From: a virus
Direction: 5' to 3' (one strand)
IMG/VR virus record: IMGVR_UViG_3300028844_003474
Coordinates: 10,144-74,143 of that record
Length of the DNA stretch: 64,000 bases
Made by a program: the position numbers and the translations under genes. Shown piece by piece: positions 34,744 through 45,000 of the stretch; the stretch's first letter is position 1; every line of letters begins with the position of its first letter. The notes below the pieces were generated by a model that was given only the letters and a program-made list of their open reading frames with translations, did no database searches and was not told the origin of the DNA.

Positions 34744-35368
34744 CTATTTAACACACGTCCAATTAACAAAAGGAAGACGCCCAAAGTATTACAGTAAAAA
34801 CGGCCATATTCCTAAAAAATATCAAAAGTATAAAGACTATGATGTTAAAGGAAGGCTGCTTGACGAATCTGGCAAACCGTTAATTGCTAATCCTGCATCA
34901 ATTAACAAGCCTAGAATCAAGAAGATAAACGGTCAAGAATTATATAGTGGCAATATGCCTCCTCATCTAAGAAGCAAGATTGTAAACTGCATTAAAGAAC
35001 AGTTTCAAGCTGTTGTTTGCAAATGTAACCCATTAAGCGAATTTCCTATAGCTATCGAGGCGGAGTTACACACAATTCCCGGTATAATGAATTGGGACTT
35101 AGATAATCAATGGATTTACCACAAATGCTTTCAAGATGCATTAGTAGCAGCAGGACTTATACCAGATGACAACATTTTCTACATCACTAAAGCTCCATCC
35201 TTTTCCTACTACCCGGTGGAGAGGCTGGAAGACCGCAAACTCATTTATAGAATTACCAAGGATGATCGACCCGAACTCCGAAGTCACCCCAACTACAAAG
35301 CGCACTACAGCTCAAAACAGATTTTATTGGAAAATAGTAGTCCCAATAGTTTGCTCAACCTTGACTGA
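34721..35368 (+). CDS. rusA: RusA-like Holliday junction resolvase
   Basis: 'WDLDN...YHKCFQDALV..GLIPDDN' RusA catalytic motif. Confidence 0.8.
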   Translation: MIVIEIPNYLTHVQLTKGRRPKYYSKNGHIPKKYQKYKDYDVKGRLLDESGKPLIANPASINKPRIKKINGQELYSGNMPPHLRSKIVNCIKEQFQAVVCKCNPLSEFPIAIEAELHTIPGIMNWDLDNQWIYHKCFQDALVAAGLIPDDNIFYITKAPSFSYYPVERLEDRKLIYRITKDDRPELRSHPNYKAHYSSKQILLENSSPNSLLNLD

Positions 35369-35630
35369 TCACGGGTGGGATCGTTCAACTGTTATTGACG
35401 GTGCATTGCCTGCGCCTTTAACTTACACTGATACACACAATTGGCTTAAGGCTAATTTTGCACTTACAGATGAAATAAGAGAAGACGGAATTGTTTTAGG
35501 CATGAAGATTATGTCTACTACAGATATGACAATAAAAAGATTTAGTGTCTACATCGAAAGCATTCGACAGTGGGCAGCAGAGTATATGAATACAGAGATT
35601 CCAGATCCACAATTACAATATGAATTATGA
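35166..35630 (+). CDS. NinB/YbcN-like recombination protein
   Basis: 'KRTTAQNRFYW' and 'STTDMTIKRFSVYIESIRQWAAE....IPDP'; start is at 35166 or 35262. Confidence 0.75.
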   Translation: MTTFSTSLKLHPFPTTRWRGWKTANSFIELPRMIDPNSEVTPTTKRTTAQNRFYWKIVVPIVCSTLTDHGWDRSTVIDGALPAPLTYTDTHNWLKANFALTDEIREDGIVLGMKIMSTTDMTIKRFSVYIESIRQWAAEYMNTEIPDPQLQYEL

Positions 35631-37861
35631 AAATAGCAAAACAACAACGCCAGTATGAATCCAATATAACTGGTCAAAAGAAAAGCATGGGCTTTGCTCC
35701 AGATGCTGCATCTCATCTAGCAGAGTTAATGTCTAATTCTGTGTATTCTGATAAGTACGGTAGTATTATTCGCGAAGTTGTGTCTAATGCGATTGACGCA
35801 ACTAAAGAAGCAGGATCTAAAGAGCTTGTAACAATTACAGTTGAAGCTGCAGCACAGATGTCTGAGCAAGTAAGCACCTTAACAGTAAGAGATTACGGCT
35901 TAGGTATTACTCCAGATCGTATGGATAATATCTTTACTCAATACTTTGCATCTACAAAAAGAGACACTAACGAACAGATTGGTGGTTTTGGCATTGGTGC
36001 CAAAAGTCCTTTTGCATACACTCCTTTATTCTTTGTACAAACGCACATAGATGGAGTTACACGAAAGTACATTCTTGAAAAGACAGAGTCAGATAGAACA
36101 TGTACTCTTATGGATGAGTACGAAGAAGCTACAGCAAATGGCACTAGCATTACAATTCCTATTCACTCTAGCAAAGCAGAAAAACAGTTTATTAAAGCAA
36201 TTCAAAAGCAACTTGTATTCTTAAGCGATAAGGTAACAATCTATGTACCTCATAAATACAACTTTAAAATGCCTAAGGTTGTAGATTATGGGTCTATTCT
36301 CTGTATATCAGATCTAGACTACGATACGTATGACTCGGAGTCAAGGTATACTAACACCGAAGGCATAATGATCTGTCTAGGTGATATCTATTATGAAATA
36401 CCGGCTATAGATGACAGAAAAGGAAGTAGAAATTTTGCAATTAAATTTCCAATCGGAGCGCTTAGTCCTACTTTGTCTAGAGAGAGTATAGAAATTAACG
36501 ATACAGCTAGAAAACTTATTAGTGACAAGCTTGATGAAATAGATATATTGTTTGAAACCTGGCGTGTAGACCAATCTAAGCCAGTGTTTAAGATGGAAGA
36601 CATTTTAAACAGGAACAATAGATATGTTGTGTATCCAGAATCTGATATTACTGTATACAGTGGCAAGAATATGGGTTACAATGGAAATCAGATATCTGTT
36701 AGAACGATATATGAAGGATGGCCTGAAAAGATTACTTATTACAGTGCTATAATTGATAAAATTATTACTTGTAAAAGCTACAAACGAGACGGAAAATGGA
36801 CTTCGTCTAAAGTATGGGATTTTTCATCAACTGTTATTCGAAGGACAGACTGGAAGATAAGAAAAGACAATTATCAGATAATGCTTAAAGGATCTGATTT
36901 TAAGCTTGGAACTATTGGTAGGGAATATATTTCTCACAAATTTCCAAATGAAAATGTCATGCTTCTAAACGTAGAACGCGATATTAAAAGTGTTATACTT
37001 GATGTTTGCGGTAAGCATGATTTTTTAAATGAAGAAACCTTAACTGCTGCAGCTAAAACCTTAACTCGCACTCTTAATGAGTACTTTAAACGTAAGTGTA
37101 TTCGTCTTAAAGACTATCAACCAGATGATGAATGGCTTGAAGCTCGCAAAGTGCGTGTTAAAAATGAAAGAGTTCTAAATAATACTTGGACAAAAGAAGC
37201 TCTTCAGGTAGAATGCCCTGTTAAAAAAGTATGGGCAGAGGGTAAGTTAACTAGAGAGATAATTAAGTATGAAGATGTAAAGAAGCATCAAGATCGATAC
37301 ATTTTTATGCCATATCAACTGGCTAAAACGCTTTATCTTAGTTCAGAACCTACTAAGCCTGTTACTATCTATGCTGCAAGCGTTCCTAATCTTAAGAAAC
37401 TTACGAGTTTAGGTGCTCATGTTTGGGATGAAAACCGATTAGCCAAGCACAATGCTAGAGAATATAGTAAATATGAGATTGAAATATTACGAAACTCTTT
37501 ATTGAAAGCAATATCTAGAGAGTTAAACGATAATAATCAAAGTTTTGTAGAGTTTATAGATAGTATGATTTCTAACGTACTTCCAAACTGTACAGAGTCT
37601 GCAGTAACTTTTGGTTACACTAAAGCACCGAAGTATTATTGGGAGATTGAAAAAGAATCTATGGCTAATGGAGTGTACACAATAGATGGTACAAAATACA
37701 ACGTTAAGAAAATAGCTAAACAAGTTAGATTGTACAAAAAGAGATTATGCAGAAGCGTAGAAGGCAAAGTACTTTGTTGCCAGATCTACGCTTTTGATAG
37801 ACCCCATTTAGAGATTACGTTTTCAGAATATAAGAATTTATTTCACACTTTAATTAAATAA
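35627..37861 (+). CDS. rIIA: RIIA-like protein (GHKL ATPase N-terminal domain)
   Basis: 'VYSDK..SIIREVVSNAIDA', 'RDYGLGI', 'YFASTKRDTNEQIGGFGIGAKSPFAYT'; followed by a RIIB-like gene. Confidence 0.88.
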   Translation: MKIAKQQRQYESNITGQKKSMGFAPDAASHLAELMSNSVYSDKYGSIIREVVSNAIDATKEAGSKELVTITVEAAAQMSEQVSTLTVRDYGLGITPDRMDNIFTQYFASTKRDTNEQIGGFGIGAKSPFAYTPLFFVQTHIDGVTRKYILEKTESDRTCTLMDEYEEATANGTSITIPIHSSKAEKQFIKAIQKQLVFLSDKVTIYVPHKYNFKMPKVVDYGSILCISDLDYDTYDSESRYTNTEGIMICLGDIYYEIPAIDDRKGSRNFAIKFPIGALSPTLSRESIEINDTARKLISDKLDEIDILFETWRVDQSKPVFKMEDILNRNNRYVVYPESDITVYSGKNMGYNGNQISVRTIYEGWPEKITYYSAIIDKIITCKSYKRDGKWTSSKVWDFSSTVIRRTDWKIRKDNYQIMLKGSDFKLGTIGREYISHKFPNENVMLLNVERDIKSVILDVCGKHDFLNEETLTAAAKTLTRTLNEYFKRKCIRLKDYQPDDEWLEARKVRVKNERVLNNTWTKEALQVECPVKKVWAEGKLTREIIKYEDVKKHQDRYIFMPYQLAKTLYLSSEPTKPVTIYAASVPNLKKLTSLGAHVWDENRLAKHNAREYSKYEIEILRNSLLKAISRELNDNNQSFVEFIDSMISNVLPNCTESAVTFGYTKAPKYYWEIEKESMANGVYTIDGTKYNVKKIAKQVRLYKKRLCRSVEGKVLCCQIYAFDRPHLEITFSEYKNLFHTLIK

Positions 37862-37863
37862 AA

Positions 37864-38994
37864 ATGCCTAATAAGGTAAACGCGTCTCGACATGATGAAA
37901 CAGTTCATGTCATGTTTGAAAACCAGATATTTGCAAAGCACTTTGACACGTGCGAAGAATCGGCAAATTTCTATCAGCAGGTTCAAACTGTCTCTGTTAA
38001 CCCGTCTGAGGTTAATATTAATACGTTAAGATCTCAACTTGATTTCAGCTATCGGTTGAGTCTTGAAGAATTGCTTGTTAGAAAAGGAGGACTTTTCTAC
38101 TTGAAAGGATATGAAACAGCTCCTCTTCCTGATGAATTGGTAGCTAAAATCAAGAAAGCTCTTGATAATGGCAAGTCTATTATGCCGCTTGTTAACTTTT
38201 GGAAATTGCTTATGTGCAATCCAGATACGCATGTGCGTAACGACTTGTTTAAGTTTATGGAACACTATGATTTTCCAATTACTGATAACGGTTACTTCAT
38301 TGGTTACCGAGCTTGTAAGCAAACTAACAAGACGTACAACGCTGTTACAAACTTTATCCCTAAGGAGTATTTAACGCTTAAGGCTGAAGGTCGTAACCCG
38401 TCTGATTACACTGCGGTTAAAGATCCTAAAGGAGGAGATTTAAAAGCTGTGCTTACAGAGGTTATTACAGATGACACTGGTAATTTCATTGCTCCTGAAA
38501 ACGTGCTTGGCAACTTAGAAGAAATGTTTGAAGAGCAGAACAACGGTCTTGTAGAAGCGCCTGAGTTTACAGACTTCTATAGCGGCACTACTCAAGTACG
38601 TCTTGGTGGTACAGTTAGTATGCCTCGTGACCAATGTGATAATAATCCTAATCACGCTTGCAGCCGCGGTTTGCATATTGGTACTCCTCAGTATGTACAG
38701 AACTATGGAGGTTCTAAAGCTGCATACATTGCGTGCTTAGTAAATCCAATGAATGTTGTTGCAGTACCTGGTGACTACAGCTACATGAAGATGCGTGTAT
38801 GTGAGTACTATGCATATGGTATGCTTGACTTGAGTAAAGGTCAGGAAATTCGCACTCCGTATTTCGAGATTGATTACAAGACCTGGGAAGCTCGTGAGCT
38901 TGATCGACTCTTGAAAACAGTAGAGGCTGAAGAGCAATCTACTATAGTTGAAGGGTATCGAGAGATCCTTGGCGAACGTGTAGTCGTTGCATAA
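37864..38994 (+). CDS. rIIB: RIIB-like protein
   Basis: 'PLVNFWKLLMCNPD', 'PITDNGYFIGYR', 'MPRDQCD.NP..ACSRGLH' and 'VNPMNVVAVP.DY..KMRVCEY'. Confidence 0.9.
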   Translation: MPNKVNASRHDETVHVMFENQIFAKHFDTCEESANFYQQVQTVSVNPSEVNINTLRSQLDFSYRLSLEELLVRKGGLFYLKGYETAPLPDELVAKIKKALDNGKSIMPLVNFWKLLMCNPDTHVRNDLFKFMEHYDFPITDNGYFIGYRACKQTNKTYNAVTNFIPKEYLTLKAEGRNPSDYTAVKDPKGGDLKAVLTEVITDDTGNFIAPENVLGNLEEMFEEQNNGLVEAPEFTDFYSGTTQVRLGGTVSMPRDQCDNNPNHACSRGLHIGTPQYVQNYGGSKAAYIACLVNPMNVVAVPGDYSYMKMRVCEYYAYGMLDLSKGQEIRTPYFEIDYKTWEARELDRLLKTVEAEEQSTIVEGYREILGERVVVA

Positions 38995-39000
38995 TTGATA

Positions 39001-39031
39001 GGGAGGGGAAGGTTTAAGACTTTCCTCTCCC
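39001..39031 (+). terminator. Hairpin after rIIB (possible terminator)
   Basis: GGGAGGGGAAGGT...ACTTTCCTCTCCC inverted repeat without a U-tract. Confidence 0.45.
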
Positions 39032-39041
39032 AACAATTACT

Positions 39042-39896
39042 ATGGTTAAAAAAGTTGTACGTAAGTCTATGAAAATCCGCGCTAGTGGACGCTCTACAGA
39101 CTATATCAGCCCGTCTTTCGGATATGGATGTTTATTTAATTGTAGCTATTGCTACATGAAACGACATTTATCTACAGGACTTACTATTGCTACCAACACA
39201 GATAGTATATTACAGGAGATTGACAGGCACTCTCACTTTTACGCTGACGTAGTAAAGCCTAATCAAACGCACGCAACCTATATTACTTACGATATTAGTT
39301 GTAATGAAGATTTTGCATTACACTCTAAGTACCATGACTGGCAAAAGATTTTTGAATTTTTTAAAAATCATCCTACAGCTATGGGGTCGTTTGCTACAAA
39401 GACAGTACCTACAAACTTCTTAACTTTTAATCCTAATCAAAAAATTAGAATTAGATTTTCTCTTATGCCTCAAAAACTAGCAGACATATTAGAACCAAAC
39501 ACTGCAAAAATTACAGATAGAATTAAAGCTATTGATCAGTTTGTAGAAGCAGGTTACGATGTGCATGTAAACTTTAGTCCTATTGTATTGTACAAGGGCT
39601 GGAAAAAAGATTACACAGAATTGTTTTATGAGCTAAATACAATACAGAGCAAGAGTGTTGTAAAAGCCGAGTGTATTATGCTTACCCACAACAAACAAAA
39701 GCATGAATACAATATTGAAAATAACTTGCCAGGTGAAGATTTATTGTGGAATCCTCTTATTCAAGAAAATAAAGTTTCTCAATATGGAGGTCACAATCTT
39801 CGATACCAACTACCAATTAAAGAGTTGGCTATAGAAATGTTTAAGGAAACACATGAGCGTGTGATACCTTGGAACACTATTCGTTACATATTTTAA
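39042..39896 (+). CDS. splB: Spore photoproduct lyase (radical SAM)
   Basis: 'GCLFNCSYCYM' (CxxxCxxC), 'YDISCNEDF', 'SFATK', 'IRIRFSLMP', 'AGYDVHVNFSP', 'KVSQYGG..LRY' and a C-terminal 'IRYIF'. Confidence 0.88.
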   Translation: MVKKVVRKSMKIRASGRSTDYISPSFGYGCLFNCSYCYMKRHLSTGLTIATNTDSILQEIDRHSHFYADVVKPNQTHATYITYDISCNEDFALHSKYHDWQKIFEFFKNHPTAMGSFATKTVPTNFLTFNPNQKIRIRFSLMPQKLADILEPNTAKITDRIKAIDQFVEAGYDVHVNFSPIVLYKGWKKDYTELFYELNTIQSKSVVKAECIMLTHNKQKHEYNIENNLPGEDLLWNPLIQENKVSQYGGHNLRYQLPIKELAIEMFKETHERVIPWNTIRYIF

Positions 39897-39905
39897 TTAA
39901 ACATT

Positions 39906-40544
39906 ATGAAACCAGAAATATATGCAGGTTTGGAGCCTGGTGTAAAAGCTTTTGTTGTTTGTAAACTTGTTCCTGAATTTACTCCAACAACAAGAATAGA
40001 ACGTGTTGAAGCAGGCATACACGCATTGTCAAAAATATATGGAATAGATGAAAAGAATTTACGAAATCCTCCTGATCGCCGCATGATGTGGGTGGAGCCT
40101 CGGAGTATGCTTTTCTTTTATTTACGATTGTGTGGAGATACTTACGCCGGTATAGGTAGAGAGTTTAAACGTAATCATTGCTCTATTCTTAATAGCGTTA
40201 AGAATATTTCAGCTAGACTTACTTTTTATAATAGTCCAGAAAGAGCTGGATTAATACAGTTGTTAAATGAGTTAGGACATATACCAAGTGTTATAGTAAA
40301 CACATGTGCAGGCAGTATGTACTTGGATGAAATATTTGATAGCCAGAATTATGGAAGATTTTTTAGACTTGACATGGCACGGTATGAAGCTATAATAAAC
40401 AAGTACAATAGCTTAGCTTTAAAAGCTAGAATGACTAAAACAGAAGGGCCTAGAGTTAAGACTTATGCAAACAGGATTTCTGAAAAGCCTTTAAACCATT
40501 TATACGATCGTAAATTTAAAGTGAAACATAATGCTAGTGCATGA
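39906..40544 (+). CDS. Protein with a DnaA C-terminal-like HTH domain
   Basis: 'EPRSMLFFYLR...TYAGIGREFKRNHCSILNSVK' resembles the DnaA domain IV pattern (PRQ..MYL...S...IG..F..RDHTTV.HA). Confidence 0.7.
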   Translation: MKPEIYAGLEPGVKAFVVCKLVPEFTPTTRIERVEAGIHALSKIYGIDEKNLRNPPDRRMMWVEPRSMLFFYLRLCGDTYAGIGREFKRNHCSILNSVKNISARLTFYNSPERAGLIQLLNELGHIPSVIVNTCAGSMYLDEIFDSQNYGRFFRLDMARYEAIINKYNSLALKARMTKTEGPRVKTYANRISEKPLNHLYDRKFKVKHNASA

Positions 40545-41547
40545 CCCTTACTATGATGTTAAAGCTGTAAGCAACAGCTCTCTTAGACATATTAACCCAG
40601 CGGAAGGTGGGTCTGCTAAACTCTTTAAACAGCACTGGGAAAACTTAGGACCTAAGCTTAAAACAAGCAGCTTAGAGTTTGGAAGCCTATTACATCTTGC
40701 TGTATTAGAACCACATCTTTTAGACTATCAAGTTGATCAGAGCAATACCCCTGATAAAATTCGAGACATCTTAAAAGATTTGTATACTCAAACTATTGAA
40801 AGCGATGCACTTGCAGCCACTATTGTAGGAGAAGAGGTTGAAGTAGGACCGATCGAAGACTATGCCTACTCTATTATTGGAGTATGTGACAAGCACGCTT
40901 ATGGCAGAACTTGGAAGACAGAGACAAGGATGAACAAAATACTCTCTTCTGGATATGAGTATTGGAACTTGTTGCGTAATTCTAAAAAGTTTATTATTAC
41001 TCAAGCACAGCACGACTTAATGCAAGTCTGCTTAGAGTCTATTAAAAACAATTCAGCTGTAAATCAAGCTTTGTATGGAATTACAGGAAAAGGCGAGTGC
41101 GAAACTTTTAACGAGTTAGAAGTACACTGGTCTGATCCGATGCTTTCTTTTCCCCTTAAAGGAAAGATTGACAGGCTTCAAGTTAATCATACTGAAAAAA
41201 CCTTTCAGATCATTGACCTTAAAACTACTAGCAAAGCTTTAGGTCAATTTCATGAGTCGTTTGAACACTATCATTACTATAGACAAGTAGCTTTTTACGA
41301 AGAAGCTGCTCGTTACTGGCTTTCTCAAAAGTATCCAGGGGAAAAATACGAAGGAGAAAACCACACAATTTGTGCTGTAGAAACTAAGCATCTTAATCAG
41401 TGCAAAGCTTTTACAATAAAGTCAGATAGTACAATCCGAGGCAATAATGAAATGTATGATTTGTTAGTTAGACTTGATCATCATTTTAAAAACAATGCTT
41501 GGAATAATGATTTAGAAACACTAAAGAATATAAGAGTATATTTATGA
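40531..41547 (+). CDS. PD-(D/E)xK exonuclease (RecE/ExoVIII-like)
   Basis: 'VSNSSL', 'FGSLLHLAVLEP', 'KGKIDRL', 'IIDLKTT' and 'YYRQVAFY'. Confidence 0.88.
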   Translation: MLVHDPYYDVKAVSNSSLRHINPAEGGSAKLFKQHWENLGPKLKTSSLEFGSLLHLAVLEPHLLDYQVDQSNTPDKIRDILKDLYTQTIESDALAATIVGEEVEVGPIEDYAYSIIGVCDKHAYGRTWKTETRMNKILSSGYEYWNLLRNSKKFIITQAQHDLMQVCLESIKNNSAVNQALYGITGKGECETFNELEVHWSDPMLSFPLKGKIDRLQVNHTEKTFQIIDLKTTSKALGQFHESFEHYHYYRQVAFYEEAARYWLSQKYPGEKYEGENHTICAVETKHLNQCKAFTIKSDSTIRGNNEMYDLLVRLDHHFKNNAWNNDLETLKNIRVYL

Positions 41548-41548
41548 T

Positions 41549-42058
41549 ATGGATTTACTCTCAGATTTAATTCAATCTATCGATTGGAAATCAGATTATA
41601 ATAAAGAATTAAAAAGAATAAGATCCGAAATATCTAAGGCCTTAGGTATTCCCCGGTCTTCTTTGGTTATCGGGCAAGACTCAGATGCTGAACGTCTTTA
41701 TTGGAAACTATGGAATTTAGCGCGGGAGGATAGAGCTGTAAAGCGAAAACTCCGCATTAAAGAAATAGCCAATACTGATTTTAAGCATCTGAGTAATGCT
41801 CGTGCCAATGATCTTGCAACTTTACAGTACGCAAAAGAAATAGAAGCTTCAAGAGAACATGCTATCTACAGTCCTGACAACAAGACTGTGTATACTGCAT
41901 CTAGTATTGAGCGTGCACAAGCGGCACACGATAAAAACATGAAGACTTACAAGAATTGTAATAAACGAATTAACAACATGTTGAATTTAGATTACAGTCA
42001 TTTATCTCAAATACAAGTTTGGTACGGAGCTGAAGACGAGCCTGATAAAAGAGATTAA
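41549..42058 (+). CDS. Hypothetical protein
   Basis: Last plus-strand ORF; its stop overlaps the stop of the convergent RNAP gene. Confidence 0.65.
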   Translation: MDLLSDLIQSIDWKSDYNKELKRIRSEISKALGIPRSSLVIGQDSDAERLYWKLWNLAREDRAVKRKLRIKEIANTDFKHLSNARANDLATLQYAKEIEASREHAIYSPDNKTVYTASSIERAQAAHDKNMKTYKNCNKRINNMLNLDYSHLSQIQVWYGAEDEPDKRD

Positions 42059-45000
42059 TTACCGTACAAGGAGTAAGCTTGGTGATTTGCAATGCTTTCT
42101 TCTAAAGCGGTGTAATGTTTCCAGCCAAACGTTCCTCTAGCTAAGTACGACGTTGCTTTAACATCTCCGTATCTAAAGCCGCCTTCAAATCGATCCCATT
42201 CCCCTGTCCATATAGCTTTTAACGCTTCTACCCCTGCAAGTGCAATAAAGCTTATTGTTCGAACGGAAGGTATTGGATCTTTACCAATACGTTTTAAAGT
42301 GTCGCCAATTTCAAAAGGAGATACAAAAGTCAACATCTCTTTCTTTAAACGCTCTACATGATAGAGTAACTTTGCTTTGTAGAATTCATCGTTAACCAGG
42401 AAGAGTTCATCGTCATCAGAGTCTTCAATTTTAATCATTGAAGCAAGCAGCCAGAGAGCTGCAGTACTCGCCATGCCAGTCATCATTTCATACATAGCAC
42501 GTTTAGCAGCATTAACAACGTGAGGTTGATCCTTGTATTGCTCCATTAAAAGACTGAATTTCATGAGTTGTTTTTCATTGTAGCTCGTCATGAAATACGT
42601 ATGCATCATTTTACCAAATCCACGGTACCAACCAATTTCAGTTTCTTCGCGTGCTTCGCTAAATTCTTCAGCTGCAAAACGTTTAAAAATGCCGTGAGGA
42701 ATCCATTTACGATATTGTAATCCTGCTTGACCTAAAGCATGTCTAGCAATTGTACCTTGATCTTCCTTGTTGTAAGCACCATGAATTCGCTGCAACCGAC
42801 TAAGCAACTTTTGTTTAAAGTTTGCCAGCTCGTCTAAAGTCAGATCTACTTCACCGTAAGGACGAATGATTTTTGCTCCTTCTGGAAGTACAACTCCTTC
42901 TGCAGCCGTGTAATTCAGAGCTTCATACAAATTAGTCTCACTACCATCGGCTAAGATTACCTTTTGTCCAAGCATGTGTGCAATCATAACTTGATTTTGC
43001 ATCAAGATTTCACCCATGTTTTGACCGTAAAACAAACGATTCATCCACACTCCCATTCTATCACGGACAAAAGAGATTTCTTTTTGATCCATAGTAACGT
43101 CGAAGAACTTGATCAGTCCGACTGTTTTGTTATCTGTAACAAACCCAGCCTTCTTTTTCCCATGTGCCATTCTGTGTAGCTCGCCATAGTTAGCGGCTAT
43201 TTTTTTACGGGCATTACGCGAATCCTTGTTTGTATAGTAGATACCTCCTGCGTTTTCAATTCTTTGTTGAACCGAACCATACAAAAAGTTGTTTAACCAA
43301 GAAGAAGGGTTAAGACCAATACCCATCATAGAGTTGTAAGTCAGTATGCGATCTACAATTTTAGAAAAAGCATCTTGATCAACCCAGCCTTGACCAAAGT
43401 ATCCTTGCAACATATGTTCCAACGATTTTTTAGCACGACTTTCACTTCCTGCAATGGTCTTCTTTTTAACTTGTTTTTCTTTACCAAATCCAATAACTGA
43501 TTTGGCATCAATCTTAGAACTAATTAAACGCATGTTGTCGATCTGATCTCGAGAAGCCAGCGAAAATGTTTCAATAGTATCTAAGGCTTTTTGTTGGGAT
43601 GCACTAACAATAAACTCTGCAATTGTTTCTTGCAGATTAGTCATAACTTTTTGCCCGTCACGAGTAAATAAGAACGAAGGTTGAGATCGCACATAGACAG
43701 GTTTATCTTCTGCATCTAATCTTTCTTGCAACTCTTCACCTGTAATTGTAATAAGCTTACGAGCTTTGTCTTCAAGCTCTGTAAATACAGTAAGCTCTCC
43801 CTCACTAAACTGAGGAATGAGGTTTCGGTCAAAAAATTTATGATCTCTGCCTAAAGCCGAACGCATTAGAGTTTTAAGATCCTGTATAGTTTGTTTTTGA
43901 ACCTCAGTAAGCAGATCATACTTGTCATTTTTGTACTTGTCAATGACTTGAAGTCCTCCGTTTGGATCCCACTGGTCGTTCCGGAATTCATCTTTTACTT
44001 TCTCTTGCTTGTACTTACTAAAAGCTTTTGGCTGACGTTGACCTGCTCGATTGACTTCACTGTATTGGATGTCCCAGTCTCGTAACGCTTCTTCACCTTT
44101 AGCTTTAGCTGCAGCCCGATCTGTTCTGTAAGTTTTTAAATCTATTTCCCAAGTGTGATACTTCTTCCAAACTTTTTTGTCTACGTTAGCAAGCATGTAT
44201 TCAATCTCTTCAAGACGAGCTTTGTCTTCTTGACTCATAACCCCGATCCGCTCGGCATTTTCTTTGATTGTAGCTTGCTCTTGCTCTAAAGCTTTATACT
44301 CTTCAGTCCGCTTTCGATGCTTGTACTTTGTATAGTACTCAGGCGTAAATTCTTGGATAGTATTTTCTGCTTCAAAAATTTTAACATCCTTAGAATTATC
44401 TCTATCCATATAGTATCTACCAGTAATAGGTGAGACAAACCGTTTGCGGTCTTCGTCTAAAATTTGCTCCCACTGATTACCTGCATCCAGGTACGTCTTG
44501 CTAATTTTATTCAGATTTGAAATCTCTTGTTGTGCTTCTAATCCATGTCTATCAAGCGTGCGTTTAACTTGAAGACTTAACAGTTTAAGCACAACTGCAG
44601 ATTGTTCTTTAGACCCCATAAAACCTTCTCTCCAGAAACCACTATCTAAAGCGTATTTCCAGAGGTTACCGTCATCAGACAAATCAAAAATGTTAGTTGC
44701 TAATTTTCTAATGATAGGATCAGCTGAAGCTTGCTTAAGTTTTTCGCTAATAGCCTCTTTTAATACATTGTCTATACGTTTTACTTGACCCGTAAGCGTA
44801 TCACCTAACTGACCTAAGCGCGCAATGTCTGCACTAGGAGCACGGCTTTTTTCTCCCGGAGCTTTTGGATTAAATCCAACTGCAGCTTGTTGCATATTTA
44901 ACAATATCTGCCTTGCGTTGTATGCCCGGTTGTAAAACTGACGATCAATTTCAGTCCATTCTCTGCCTTTTATATTATCCAGGTAGCCAGCACTTTGCTC

